Below are positions 49,861 to 63,515 of a stretch of 64,000 nucleotides of DNA, in pieces (the stretch's first letter is position 1; the number at the start of each line of letters is the position of its first letter). The DNA comes from Lepidodermella squamata. Its lineage: Eukaryota > Animalia > Gastrotricha. Below the pieces are notes generated by a model that did no database searches, had not been told where the DNA came from, and saw nothing but the letters and a program-made list of their open reading frames with translations. Location: contig JBLDXI010000003.1 in the NCBI GenBank assembly GCA_047495785.1, positions 2,108,001 through 2,172,000 of the forward strand, read 5' to 3'. Made by a program: the position numbers and the translations under genes.

Positions 49861-50434
49861 ACTTAAATGTTTAGAATAAAGCTTATTCCCCCGGCAACAA
49901 TTCATACCTTGAATTAGAACTAGCTAAGCGCTAAGCAAGGTGAAAATGCCGCAATTTCCTGTTCATGAAGTTGAAGTATAATTAAGGGGCTGAAATATAG
50001 TATAGGGATGTTTTACCCAATTTCGCTACTGTGTACCCATCCGCAATTTCAAAAGGCTAGATAAACCCGTGCACGCGCATATCAAATCACGCGCTCGCCA
50101 ACTTCTAACTAGAGCCCCACCGGCTATTTCGCGCACCCTGTTACGCAACATACGCGCGCCGTAAGTGCGTACGTGCACAACCACAACTGAATCAAGTTTA
50201 ACCCAAAAAAGTCGCGCATTTCGCATATCAGATTCAGATTTATAAAACATAATTTCAACCGAAAAAATCTTCATCTATCGATATAAAATTTGGTAGGTAC
50301 GAAAATAAGCAAACATGGTTAACTTAAAAGGACATATTTACAAGGCACGCTCACTCGCCCAAGTCGTGCGCACTGTTATTTATCGCTAATTTTACCGCGC
50401 GCGCAGTTGTCAAATAGTAACTTTAACTTTTTGT

Positions 50435-50688
50435 GTCGGTTTGTATGCCAAAATGAAGAGAATTTGATCCTCTATCGATTGAATATAGGGTTCTCGCTCG
50501 AAAAATTGAAAGGGAAAAAGTTTTACGTGCACTAAAAAATTAGGGCGGGCGACACCTCACGCGAGCGCACCACCAAGTAAAAATTGTGCACGTAATATGC
50601 TTAAGTAATTCTCAAATTTCGATCGTAACAAATCTATACTCAATCGATAGAGAATTCAATTGACTTCATTTTGATGTAAAGGCCGACG
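50435..50688. repeat. Inverted repeat (~55 bp arms), probably internal to a non-autonomous DNA element
   Basis: GTCGGTTTGTATGCCAAAATGAAGAGAATTTGATCCTCTATCGATTGAATATAG is inverted as CTATACTCAATCGATAGAGAATTCAATTGACTTCATTTTGATGTAAAGGCCGAC. Confidence 0.65.
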
Positions 50689-52063
50689 TGAAATTCATAG
50701 ATTGTCCTTTTATTTCAGTTCAAAATGAGCTGACGCGCAGAGCCGTAACGTAGGCGGGCCTGAAAATGTGCAATTTCGGACAACCCCGAGGCGCGAAAAG
50801 ATCGAATCGATTAGTAAATATAATTTCCTAAGGCAATAGAATTAACATCAGCTCGCAACCAGCTAATCTGGCAGCTTAGTAGACTGAAGCATAGAGAGAT
50901 GAATATTGCTAGTAGTTATAACGTCAACAGCCACTTATCGCGCCTCACGCATATTGATTCTTGGCTTGGTAGAAACAATGAATTAATAAATAAAGATACC
51001 GTAAATATTCAAATACAAGCCCAGGCGGCACTCTTTGTCGGCACTTTGATATTCTTTGTAGTGCCGTCTGGGCTTGTATTTCGGAATTTGCGGTATGTAT
51101 TTTTATTCATTGAAATAGAGATAATGCTATGCTATGCAATGCTATTGAATTAATAAATAAGTTATAGCAATGTCCAGTATTGTCGGTAGCTGCCAGTAAC
51201 TACCTGCATGAACGCTATTTGCTAGCTCAGGTATCCGCTAAAATGGAAAACTGCATCGAATTTTTCGCCCATTGAAAATACCTTTTCTCCTCTCTGAGAG
51301 CCTACCATGGTCTAGCTACTTCATTGTTGCTTTGAATAATTTATGCTTGCTCCGTAAAAATGGGTATGAGTTTTTTGTTCCTTATGAAAATGACAAAATT
51401 AAGGAAGCAGTTGATGACTATTAGGGCTGTTCATCCCTTGTTGCAGATGATGTGAACAAATCATAAGAATGACTGTCAGGAAGCTACAAGACTTGTCTAA
51501 CCTTTCAATCATTTTTATCGACAATGAGAATTACCCATGATTAACAATTATCGGCCTTTGTTTTGTGCCATGATATTAAGTTTCAGTTCAGAATTGATAG
51601 AGCCTTGAGCGCGATGTAGCTATGGTTCAAAAATTCGAGCTCAACCGCAGTAACAAATTTCATCGAGCATCGAATTTCAAACTTAGTCGAATCGAAGGCA
51701 GTCGTTCCTCTACCTGCCGGTTCGCACCTTTGCATATTCATTTATGGTTGAATAATCAATAAACACTCTTTTGTAAGTTAAGCGTTTTTGGCGACAATAA
51801 AACAAAATGTCATGAAGTCGCCGGCTTTGCTGACTTCGGTATCTGCTGAATTGGAAAAAGGCGAACCTTTCGCACCTGCAGCAGCCAGCAGCTCCCTCTC
51901 ACCTCTGCCATCATGCTCGGGCGAGTTGCCCTTGGTGAACGTCGCCAGCATGAATTATTGCAAAGAACGTTCTTGATTTGAATAATTCATGCTCTATACA
52001 CGACTCTACTCGAAACAGGGTATGCTGTCTGCTGCGAATTGGAGTTTTCATTGAAGAACGACA

Positions 52064-55000
52064 ATGACCATATATTGGAAGCGGCTTTTAACTATTGGGC
52101 TACTGATTCAATGCTGCAAATGTGGAAAATATTTCACAAGAATGACCGGTACAAAGCCGATCGTCGCAGAGCAGGGCGATAGCATCGCAAACTATTTGAT
52201 CTCATCGTGAGTATTTTACGAAATGTTTCCAGCATTTATCGCATTGTTACACTTTCACACGAAGGTCAGCAATGCTAAGCGAAAATCACTGCGTCGGTTC
52301 TTGTGTCTCTACTCCCACCTGCAATTCGGCTTATTATCGAAAATCAGACAAGACCTGCTTTATGTACACCGTATCAGTCAGCGCAAATCAGCTGACAACA
52401 GATTCAGCAGCATCTGACGACGTTACCTTCGATTTAGCGTCTAATTCGAACAAGCCGGATACTCGTGAACAAGTCCTAGCCAAGACTAAGAAGGCAGTAA
52501 AAAATCTGCTAAGCAATATTGCCACGCGTAAGTAAAATCGCAGCTTCATAGCAATATATTATTTAAAAATTATCTTAGCGTGCAAGAATCCGCTGGCTAT
52601 GGGTCTGCGTTCATGGTCGTGCTCGGGCGAACTGTGGGACGACAACGGACTAGCAATTCGGAACGAGCAAATCGTCGGTGGAGCCAATCCTCAGACGGCA
52701 GCGGGAATCAAGCCAGTATTCGGCAGGTTATGCCTCGGAACGGATGTTTGGTCAAACACCACTCGGTTCTATTACGCTGGCACTGCCACCAGTTACCCTG
52801 CGTCATTTTACCAGGTTAGCATTTTAATCGCTTTGAATGTCGTTTCCATTCGTGCCGCTAGGTTTCTTTTGATACTTTCACTTGGCTGCACTACATCGAC
52901 TTGAAACCATTCGGATGGACTTTCACCTCGTCCATAGCTTACAGCCTTGACGGTAATACTTGGCAGGACTACTTATCACCGGCAGGAGATGTTGTCATAT
53001 TCTCTCATACCACCCCTTATTCGAACCCAAAGCCGACTGTCCGGCTGAATCTCTGGAAACCTGTCATCGTGCACCACGTTCGATTTTACCCAAGAACATG
53101 GATAAACTCTGATTGGGGCATCCAAATTGAGTACTACGGCTGCCCAGCACTTTGCCGTGGTAAGCTTTCTGTGCTGATTGTCTCCCAATACTGATTTGCA
53201 AAATCTCGCAGCTCCGCTGGGCATCGAAGCTATGGAGCTTAATGACAACCAGTTTTCCCAGTCTTCATCGGACAATAGCAATCGCACGGCCAAGTTCGCT
53301 AACTTGATGAATCCGTGGCACGGATGGCAAGCAGCAAGTGCTAGCCAATTCGAGTGGATTCAAGTTGATCTGCTGAAAAACTTTATTGTTAGGAGTTTTG
53401 AATAGAGCAAAGAAAGCATCGTCAACCATCTAATCTTATATCAGGTCACTGGTATTTCAACGATGCTATCAAGGCCTAATGCCCAGGGGTTGAAAGGAGC
53501 AATACAATTCAGCTTAAAATTCTGTTCGGAGCCGAATTGCGGACAGCCCTGGCAAAATGTTCGAAGAACCGGAGCGGCGGAAGGTGCCTTTCAGGTTTGT
53601 GAGGTTTATTCATATAAGAACCTGCCATTCTCTTCATCAGGTGTTTTCGAGCGCTAATTCGGGTGATAGCATTACGACGTCGTTTTTCGACGCTCCCATA
53701 ATCGCAAAGATGGTTCGTTTAAATGTAATACAGTCAACAACGGTTGCAGGAATTAGATGGGAACTGCTTGGTTGCCGAGGTAATTTAGCTACTAAATAAA
53801 GATGGATCGGTTTGAATTAAGTATATTCTATCAGAAATCCCGTCAATGCTACTTAGCACTCCTGATCTAGCGATATTGAATCCAGTTGTATCCTCTTCTG
53901 CTTCAGTATTTGAGAGAATGATTCCTACCAATGGAAAACTAACAGATCAGCCGAATCGTGACACTCAAGGCAGACTGCGATCATGTATCCGTCTTGATCC
54001 GGATCTGAACAACCCATCTTACGTCACAATCGACCTTGGATCAACTCAGTCCATCACTGATGTCGTAATAACTCCGCCGCGGATGTACTCTGCCCTCGAG
54101 CCGTCTGGTTTGTGGCTCTTCGATGCTATAACCATGGCAAACGATCTGAGTGGTCAAGGTAGCGACGGAGCTGTTTCGCCCTCAGTCCAGCTGGTGACAG
54201 GTCCTTTCGGCAAACCTAAAACTGCTTTTCGACTCCCACCGACCGCTCATACTGCATCAGTGGTTATTCCTAAGGCTGCACCTACTGCCGCTTTTCACTC
54301 AGCAACAAGTGATTTTTCCGTGTTTTTCTGGCTTTTCATCGGCGGGACGTCATGGCCATCGTCAACCACTGTACTTATTCAATTTAATTACGATGACGTC
54401 GTTGGGTAAATAGGCAGGCAGTGTGATATTCGCAAACGTTTCTTTCGTGTTTCTTTCACAGGTTTTACGGAATTAGTGCAGGCCCATTGGCTAATACATC
54501 TCAATATATATTGTACACGTACAAGACAAATGTTGTAGCTTCTTACGTACCGCTGGAAGTCAACCGGTGGTACTTTGTTGGAATCGCATTTGATCGCGCA
54601 AGATGTTAGTGTATACTATTTAAAAAGCTAATCCCATGATTTTTTACTATAACTGCAGCATCCTATCTTATTCTTGCAAACGGTGTGGCTGTTGGCGCTG
54701 GCGATATTCCAGCCACTTTTTCTAACAATATTTTCACCGATACAGCTATAACGTTTGGTCAATGGCTGGGTTATCCTAGTAACCTGGGGCTAATGGATCG
54801 GCGGATTGCTTGTGTCCAGCTCTATAATCGAAGACTAACAAGAAGCGAAATGGATGATGCAATGTTGTGCCCTTGGCAATGTGATTAATTTCTCACCGTA
54901 TGAAATCAACTTTTTTACAGTCGAAATTTATCTTACAGTGCCAAATCCTCTGGTTTTTTGGCCAATGGATTCGAAATATGGACTAAATGACTACATGGGA

Positions 55001-58000
55001 TCACCCATCAATGCCACTCAAGGCAGTAGTGTCCAGATTGGTAGCTTTTTGACCGGAGCTGAAAATAACAAGTACCCCAATTCTGCTTTGGTTTTCAATG
55101 GCGATGGTTACTCTTTTGTGTCCCATTCGAATTCGAACGGCGAGCTTGTATCACCCTTAGCGTTGACTATCAGTTTCTACGTCATGTGCCAGACTCAAAC
55201 TACGACGCAAGCAGTTCTTGGCTATCTGCACCCAACAGCCTCACCTCCCGCTTATGCTCTTGGGGTCACCTGCAAAGACGGCCTGTTCAACTTCACTGTG
55301 ACCTGTCGCAACATGGCTTACACTGGAGTTTTCCGGGCTAATATGACATCAAGAGTAATGACTATCCAACGACTGCGCCATATTGCTATCACCTACCACT
55401 ATGCAACAGGCCAGTTTGCTGTCTATCACGAGGCTAATCTTGCAATGTTGAGGCAGCTCCCACAAGGCTGTGAACTGGAAACATCGGGCCAATTTAGAAT
55501 CGGAGCTTTGCCATCACCTTCGACCTTGACGTTGAACGATCGCGTCGCTTGTGTTCAGATTTACAAACAAGCGTTGACGAGTCGCGAAATCCAGCAGATT
55601 TCCCGCTGCCCAATCTATGGGCTTCGGCCGGTTCTAACGTGGACAACTGACTTGGTTTACCGCTGGACGCAGTGGTTTACCGATGAACCAGCAGCTACAT
55701 CCTCTGATCAAATTAGTTTTTATGGTCCTACTACATACTGGGCCGGTTCTGTCTCTGGACCAATGCGGTCACACGGTTTCCCGAGTGGAGCAGTTGTCTA
55801 TCAACCAAACGGTACCAACCTGACTAGCCAAATGTTGAGAACGGGAGCCTTCACGGTCATGCAGTGGATTTGGCTTTACAACACACCTGCCAGCACATCT
55901 TACGTTCTAGCAACAAAAACGGCAGCTGGCATTGCGCACATATTATTCTCCATCACAACTAGCCGGATATTGTAGGTTTTATCTAGTGGTTATTAAGATG
56001 TAAGTACTCTAAATCTCTTTCGTTTCTCGTAGCATCGGTCAGTTTCAATGCCCTGGCGGAGGCACCTTCCAAGTTTCATGGAGCAGCGCCGTGAATGTGA
56101 GTACCTGGAATCACTACGCCATGGCATACGACAACGTCACAGCGACATTGCAACTTTTCGTCAATGGAATATCAGTTGCAACGACAACAAGTGCGAATTG
56201 TGCGGACATGTCGACGACCACTGGTTATCGCATTGGCGGCACTGATTACGCTGGAGGTGGCTCGCCTGGTCATGCTACCAGCTGTTTCTATGTCTTCAAC
56301 GTTTCAATGAACAGCAATGCAATCCAGCATGTAATGAATGGTTGCCCATCGAAAATTGAAAGTATGCTTTTATGCGATTTTAGACATGACCATAAATTTT
56401 TTATTACTTTCAGTCTCTCCAAGCGCCTGTGAATATCAATTGACCCAATTTGACGACTGGATAACAATGTCGCTGCCAAACCCGTGCAGTAGTAGCCAAC
56501 AGCCATCTATAGACAGCCCTTGTATGATTTCGTGCCTGAATCATCTGTTTAGTTAATAATTTCGCGATTTCAGGTTTCTGGCGAAATAATGGAAATTTCG
56601 AGATTTCATTCAATCACGATTTTGAAATCAGGTCGATTCTCACCTCGGGGAACCCAAGCGCGAATGAATGGGTCACTTCGTTCACGTTGAAAGTTTACTC
56701 TGGCCCGAACTTGGCCACAAATTTCAGGGATGATATGTACAGAATCAAGGACCCGAATGGAGCTGATATGGTATTTTTTAGCGCTTGAAGCATTTAGTTT
56801 CAGCGATTCACATTGTTTCAAAGATCTTTGGTGGAAACTACGATCGCAACACTGTTGTCGAAAACCGGCTGCCATTTCCAGTACGGGCACGTTACATGAT
56901 TTTTGAGCCCGTAACTGTCAACAGTGTGGCAGCTGCTCGATTCGGTTTCAAAGGCTGCAAAGGTTCAGAAAATTATTCACGTTTCGCCTATGATTCATTC
57001 TGTTCTTACAGTTCGAACCTGCAACCGTCGTCTGATCTACTCGACAGTCTACGATGCAATCACAGTCAGTCACTTTGACGCTAACTGCAATAGCTTCAAG
57101 TCAAGCTTGATCGAGGCTGGGGGCTTATGGTCATTCACCATTACTGACCCATTCGAGTCGATAAACGAAATCTTCATGCAAATCACCTTTGGGTACATTG
57201 CAAGAGTCACGAGGCTGCAAACGCGAGGGAGTAACGATACCTGTTCAAAACCAGGCTGGGTCACTCGATTTCGCTTGGGCTACAGCTTCGACAACAACCA
57301 ATGGCTGATGCTGAAAAGCGAGAATGGTTTCGTTCAGAATTTCGCGGCTAATACTGACAAAACCACGATTGTAGAGGTGCCTCTTCGTAACCCTCTCGTC
57401 GGCCGTTTCATGCGAATTTACCCGACTGGCTATGCGAACGGTAATATCGCCATGGCAATCAGAGTTTACGGCTGCGCCCTTGACGACATGGACGCCCCTT
57501 TCCCAGCCATCGATGTGACACTTGGAAACAACACCGTGGCAAGCGCAGCTTCAGCTTTGACGAATCCCAGAATTGCAAGAACGATAACTCAAGGTGAACT
57601 AATGGACCGAGCGCCTATAAGGCTAACGGTTAATCCATACTCGAATCCTGGCCGGTACCTTACAATTCTATCTGCCTATAAGAACGTTGGTTTCGACATC
57701 TGCCAAGTCGAGGCTTATAACAGTCCATGTAACTACTTACTTCCATTAATTCATAGATATAATAGTTTCTTTCAGCTATCAACTTCGCGCTGAATAGAAA
57801 AGTCATCTTAGCGCCCAATTCGCATGCTTCGGCTGAGCGGACGAAGCACAGAGCGACTGATGGCGTTACAGCTGCAAACGAAGCTTCTTCAACAGGTAAG
57901 GTCAATTTGTATAACCATTCACTCAGCTGATGCTTTAACTTATCCGCAGGCCAAGTATGCACTATTGGTTCTCCTGTTGTTCCACCCTTCGAGATGCCAA

Positions 58001-58953
58001 GCAGTGACTTCCACGATCAAGTTCCGGCTGGAATGACACGAACCACACTTCCATCCTCTTGCACCGGATCAGTCGTCCAATGGGAGCTGGTCATGAGAAC
58101 AATCGTTCTCTCTCGACGTCGGCAATTTGGTACCTCTATGACCACCCCAGGGACATGCTATTTGCATAATTATCAAAACTTGAGCAGCACTTCGATGCAG
58201 CTGAAATCAAGTCTGAACATTCCTATTCATGCACCAAGTGGCGCACTGCGCCGGAGATACCTGTTCGTCTCAATGTCCACTTTACAGCCTTGGGTTTACT
58301 TAATATTTTACAGAGAATTCAGTGCCTCGGCTGCCATGAATGTGAGCAACGGAGATATTCCCGGCTTCTATCATGGAGCTACGAATATTCTGTATTGCGG
58401 CATCAGCTTTATTGGCGAATTCCACGGGTGGAATCCTTCGGTGGCTACGTCTGGCCCGTTACCATGGAGTTTACCGATGTCGATTGATACCTCGATTGGA
58501 AGTGTGGTCGATGTCACTAGTAATGGTTCTTTTACCACGGGTTATCGCTACCAACTTGCGAGAGGATACGTCATAGGTTTGATTTTGGCATACCTTATGA
58601 GTCGATAATATAGTGCCCTCCGCTCTTCACCAGATCCTACAGCTGAAATGTGGATAGCTGTCGACATGGGACTGGCAAGTGTAGTATCCAGAGTGTTAGT
58701 CTACATTGCTACGGATCGTTACGGTTACAGTTTGACGAACACTGAACTGCGGGTCGGAAGTTCCTTGGTCGATATTGCGAAAACAAGTCAACTGTGCGAT
58801 GTAGTGCTGCCCCTGATGGAATTCGACTATCGATATGCAAGTCGTCCTTACGAGCTGTTCTGCCTGCAGCCGGCTTACGGGCGTTACGTGATTTTAAGGA
58901 GGGCAACTCCAGGATTACTACCGGTGGCCGAGATCATTGTTTACCCAGTTTGA
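52064..58953 (+). CDS. Large secreted mosaic lectin-like protein, copy B (tandem paralog of 41145-48037)
   Basis: Signal MTIYWKRLLTIGLLIQCCKCG. It has the same exon series as copy A with near-identical translations. Flanks also align (~40700 with ~50785; ~48360-48460 with ~59325-59425). Confidence 0.85.
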
Positions 58954-59650
58954 ATGCAAAAAGAGTGAAAAAATGAAGCGCGAACCCGGTGAGAAAAAAT
59001 CGACAACAATTTATTGACAATTATGTTTTTTCCCCAAAATTTGAAATTAGAAATTTGACTACCTTGGTATATATGATGGCATCAGTTACCGTAATTTGAT
59101 GTATAGCCTCCATGGAGTGGCTGACTTATTACTTGACCTTTGAAAATCCATCCTAGCTGTATGAAGGTGTCACAAATTCCCTTCAATTCAAAATAAAATT
59201 GAAAACGAAGATAGATTTCACCGATGCCAGTGACTCGCGTATAGATGTGGCTGAAAAATCGCATCTGCGCCAATCTAAGTTTCCCTGATTTGCTTTGATG
59301 TATATGAAAAAGACTTAAAGAGAAATAAATACTCCCCAAGATATCTTACGCTTAAGTTATATATGGCTACAAAAAATTCCTCGACGGTTCATTTACCCGC
59401 CTGTGTCGTGTATTCACACTACTGCACATAACCTAGCTTGCTCACTTTTCACACAAGGGAGATTATGACACTTAGCGATGCTGCTTTTTTGAAGATTGCA
59501 TGTTTCTTTACGCTTCTACACACAGTCATACCACAAGTTAATTCAGCCTCTAGCCTCTAGCTCTCTGCATTGAATCATCTTTCATTTTTTACGTTTTAAC
59601 AACAACCTTAAAATTCTATTCAATTTCGAGTTAAAAAAGAATCAGAAAAC

Positions 59651-60507
59651 TAGTGATGCGCAACGATTAATTTTTCTTTAATCGATTAAAATTTCCTTTT
59701 TATGATAATCGAATCGAGTCAAGCCTGATTAAATCGTCAATCGAATCGCCCGATTAATCGAATCGACTAATCGTGGGCGCTGTATTAAATTCAAGTAAAC
59801 TCAAAATAAGATAGGCTAGTTTATAACAATTATTTGAACGCGCTTCGAGCATTACCTTCAACTCTTATCATCAATCTGACAATTCCACGAGATTCTACGC
59901 AACAAACTGAGTAATTCTATGTGTTACCCGACCTAAACACGGTTTTGGAAATGGAAAATAAATTGGGTGCAATAAAGCAAAAATTTTATTAATTAGTACT
60001 AATTATCTCCGGCTATTGAAATTTTTACAGCCCAGTTAATTAATAAATGCTATTGCCGGAAATGAAATTTGATTCCGCGATTTCTTCACAACCATTCATT
60101 CTGTTTTGATGAAAATTTGGGCCCTGAGGTAACTTTCTACGCTGAACAAGATGATACTGATACGAGATACGAACCGTTATAGAGACTATTGGATAAGCGC
60201 GAATCGATAATTGATAATCGATAATCAATCAGTTTCCTGCTCATGCATTGCAATTTTAAAATAGCAAATAGATTTTTCTTACCAATTCATCCTTCTAATC
60301 GAACTAAATGAGTAGAAAAAGAATGAAATAGAAGAAAGAAAGAAATAGGAATGAACGTGAGCAGATTCTCCTCCACACTGTCTCGTCAGAACATCTATCA
60401 TTAATCGATGCCAGGAAAGACGATTTTGGGACGAGCGCCATGATTGAAATTCGATTCGACTCAATCGTGATTTAATCGCGATTGGCCAAAATCGGAGCGC
60501 ATCACTA
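59651..60507. mobile_element. Non-autonomous hAT element
   Basis: TIRs TAGTGATGCGC...GCGCATCACTA, a perfect 8-bp TSD CAGAAAAC (59643-59650, 60508-60515), and subterminal AATCG/CGATT motif clusters. Confidence 0.9.
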
Positions 60508-60575
60508 CAGAAAACGATGGCAATACAATCCTGAAAGGCCTCACGCCCCCTGAAAGGAAAAGAATCGCCTCACCA

Positions 60576-62082
60576 ATGAACCTGTTATTTCTGACGACTG
60601 CAGTCATTTTTGTTGCCTTGAAAGTATCGCGAGGCCAAATTTACAGCCAAAACATATTTGGCGGCAATGGCAATCTTGCACTCTGGCCGAATCAGCTTGA
60701 AAATATCGACGCAAGTGTAACCAAATCAAGCTGTTCAGGTGGTCGCCGGCCCTGCCAAATGAACTCTGATTGCTGGAATGTTGCCGATTTATGCGGAGAG
60801 GATAGATGTTGCGATCCCCCGAAACCAAGCCGCAATTTGACCCAGGTTAGCCCCACTCGAAGTAATAACCAGCTATGCCGTAATCCGGGAGGAAGGCAGT
60901 GCCGGGATAATTCAGACTGCACTTTCGGTAACGCATGTAATATCACGGAAAACTGTTGCTACCGATGGCTGACGAGCACGACTGAAGTGGTTCCAGTTCA
61001 GGGCGTGAAACTTCGGAAGTTATGCCGACATGATGCTGATTGCGGCTCAAACTCGACATGCAACCAATATGAACAACGTTGCCAATGCAATTACGGTTTT
61101 ACAATGGATGAAAGCGGGTCGCAATGCTATCAAACTAGTGGTAGGCTTATGTTCTATCTTCTCATTAGCCTAAAAAGTATTAACCCATTAAAGCCCAGAA
61201 TGTTTTCGGAAAATATTTTCATTTTTCTTTCCCTATTGACACGTGCCTTTCCGAAAGAGAAAAATTCGGGGATTAAGAATCTGAAAACCGCATATTTTTA
61301 TCGTCTAGGTACCGTTATTGAGATATTCCAGTGTCAATTTGTCACGTGACCTTACCTTTTGTCACACCTGGACGATTATCTCAAGAACGGTGATAGCTAG
61401 GAAGCCGCTCTCAAAGAAAAAGTTCATCAGCGTGATGAGATCTATCTAGAAATGCATTCAGTTGGGTTATAGGTGATACTTCGTGCAAAATCGATTTTGA
61501 GGACACTTTAGTGCAGTTTGGTGACAGTCCCAAAAACGGCTCCTAGCTCATCACCAAGCCTACGAGACACTGGTCATTTATCCGTTTTCCCCGAATTTAT
61601 ACGATTTCCCAGCGCGGAGATATGCCTTTTAGACACCCTGGGGTTGTAGTCACCCTACAGGATTTTTTAAAAATAGGGTGGCAGGAAAAGATGCCGTCGG
61701 GCTGGGGGATTAAATAGCCCGATAAAACTAGAATTCAAAATGCTTTGAGCTTCAATTATACTTCACTTAATTCGCAGTTTATCAATGAAATTCCATCCAT
61801 CATCCCATCTCGTCTTGACAAATAATCTGATGATATCTCGCTATGTGTCCTTTTTCAGATCCCATCTGCTCATACAGCACGCGGCCGTGTCTCAAAGATA
61901 GCGATTGTTGGTTTGGCGCGGAATGTGGCAAGGACAGATGCTGTCACACTGTTAACTCGATGGCAACGGTGGCAACACCAGCAAATTTTTCATCTGCTGT
62001 GAAAATGCAATCTTTAACCAGCAAAAAATTTTATTTTCTTTGCTTTGCTGTCATGTGTCAAATTGTATTGTGGTTGAACTGA
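60576..62082 (+). CDS. Secreted or GPI-type cysteine-rich protein (exons 60576-61141, 61859-62082)
   Basis: Signal MNLLFLTTAVIFVALKVSRG. Repeated C..(N/D)SDC....C....CC modules plus an EB/EGF-like module (CRHDADC...CQCNYGF). Ser/Thr/Ala spacer and hydrophobic C-terminus. Confidence 0.8.
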
Positions 62083-62198
62083 TTGCGAAATAAAATTTGT
62101 TATGATCTTGATAAATGCTTATAAGTGAAATAAAAGCGCGTTAATCGTCGCCAGTTCTTAAAGCAAAACCACTACTAGGCACTAGGAACAGATGATTT

Positions 62199-63515
62199 TT
62201 AGTTCCGAAAATTGTCTAGGATCACAATAACTGGCATGAAGAGAAATGCGAATCGTGTCCCAACCACCTTGCAAGAACCATTCGGGGTCGTCGAAGAGGC
62301 TGGCGATTCAGTCGAAGCAGTGGCTTTGGTAGGTTCCGTAGCTGGAGTCGGAGGCGGAGTAGGTCCGTCGAACGTAGGTTTGAGCGCGTAAACAATGTTG
62401 TCATTCGAAACGGCATAAAACACGCCGTCATAGTAGGCAACATTCGTATTCAGCGACCAATTGAATGTTTTGAAAGCAGCTCGTTTCACTCCAGTCGTCT
62501 TGTCGTACAGCTCAAGGCCAAAAACTTGTGGAACAGCAATTACGTCGTCCAGGACAACTGGCAGAAGCTCGGTTGGAGAGTCAGATATCGTATAAGAGGT
62601 GTCTAAATTCCCATTTGAAATATCGTACTTGAACATTTGCTTCGCACATTTTCGGTACACGTATCGAGTATCAGTTGCTAGCGAGACTGTCTTGCAGTTT
62701 GAATCAGCGACAGGAACCGTTGCCCACTGTTCCTTTCTAGAATCAACATCAACCGCTACAACTTTATATTGGTAACCAGTCATCGCTAGTTTGCCAGACA
62801 TAACGGGCGGGAAGTACCAGATTTCTTGCTTAGGATTGTAATTCACACTCCACAGCAAATCGCCAGTTGTCACAGCATCGAATTCCGCTACGTCTTTATC
62901 GGAGTCTTTGACAGTGAGCGCATACAGTCTGTTCCCGATTTGCATCGAGAGTTTAACCGGTTCTTTGCCGTCTTTCGCGGAAAACGAGTCGATGAACGCT
63001 CCTTCATAGTCATATGCGACTATTTGGTTTTCGATTGCTACGAAAAGTCGTTTTAAGGCCGAACTTACCGTGACGTCATTCGGAGCTTTCGCTGTCTTTT
63101 GCGACCAAAGCTGCTTCTCGTTCCCATCAGCCAAGGTGATAGCGTAAACGCTTGTGGTGTCCGCAATGAATAGCATAGAATTATCTGGATCGATTACTTG
63201 ACCTCTTAGTGTTCCCGATGACGATATCTTCAGATATTTAATCGAATTCCCGGATTTGGCGTCTACAATGTTGAGGTCGCCAGTTGTTGAGACGTAGTAG
63301 ACTTTTCCATTGAAGACCAGAGGTCCTAATCCGCCGTTTTGTTGCTTGCTTGTCGGATCTTTGTATTGCCATAATAACGATAATTCGTTAGCGTTTGAGT
63401 CTATTTTCCCGATTTTGTACCCTGAATGCTCCAAATCGCCACCTAATGTAACCCAGTCATTGGTCGACGCAAACGCGACAGAGAATTTAACTATTAGAGA
63501 AATTATAATAAACAT
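62199..63515 (-). CDS. Intronless PQQ-like (BamB-type) beta-propeller protein with signal peptide and GPI-type tail
   Basis: Signal MFIIISLIVKFSVAFAS, then DWVTLGGDLEHSGY. Blade motifs DAKSG, LWSQK, DAVTTGDLLWS, EQWAT and DKTTG. Pro/Thr stalk and hydrophobic C-terminus. Confidence 0.85.
   Translation of the reverse strand: MFIIISLIVKFSVAFASTNDWVTLGGDLEHSGYKIGKIDSNANELSLLWQYKDPTSKQQNGGLGPLVFNGKVYYVSTTGDLNIVDAKSGNSIKYLKISSSGTLRGQVIDPDNSMLFIADTTSVYAITLADGNEKQLWSQKTAKAPNDVTVSSALKRLFVAIENQIVAYDYEGAFIDSFSAKDGKEPVKLSMQIGNRLYALTVKDSDKDVAEFDAVTTGDLLWSVNYNPKQEIWYFPPVMSGKLAMTGYQYKVVAVDVDSRKEQWATVPVADSNCKTVSLATDTRYVYRKCAKQMFKYDISNGNLDTSYTISDSPTELLPVVLDDVIAVPQVFGLELYDKTTGVKRAAFKTFNWSLNTNVAYYDGVFYAVSNDNIVYALKPTFDGPTPPPTPATEPTKATASTESPASSTTPNGSCKVVGTRFAFLFMPVIVILDNFRN

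Noticed and set aside
61180-61713. Possible piggyBac-like MITE (TTAACCC...GGGATTAA) in the Cys-rich gene intron
   Set aside because: The terminal match is too short and imperfect to support a call.
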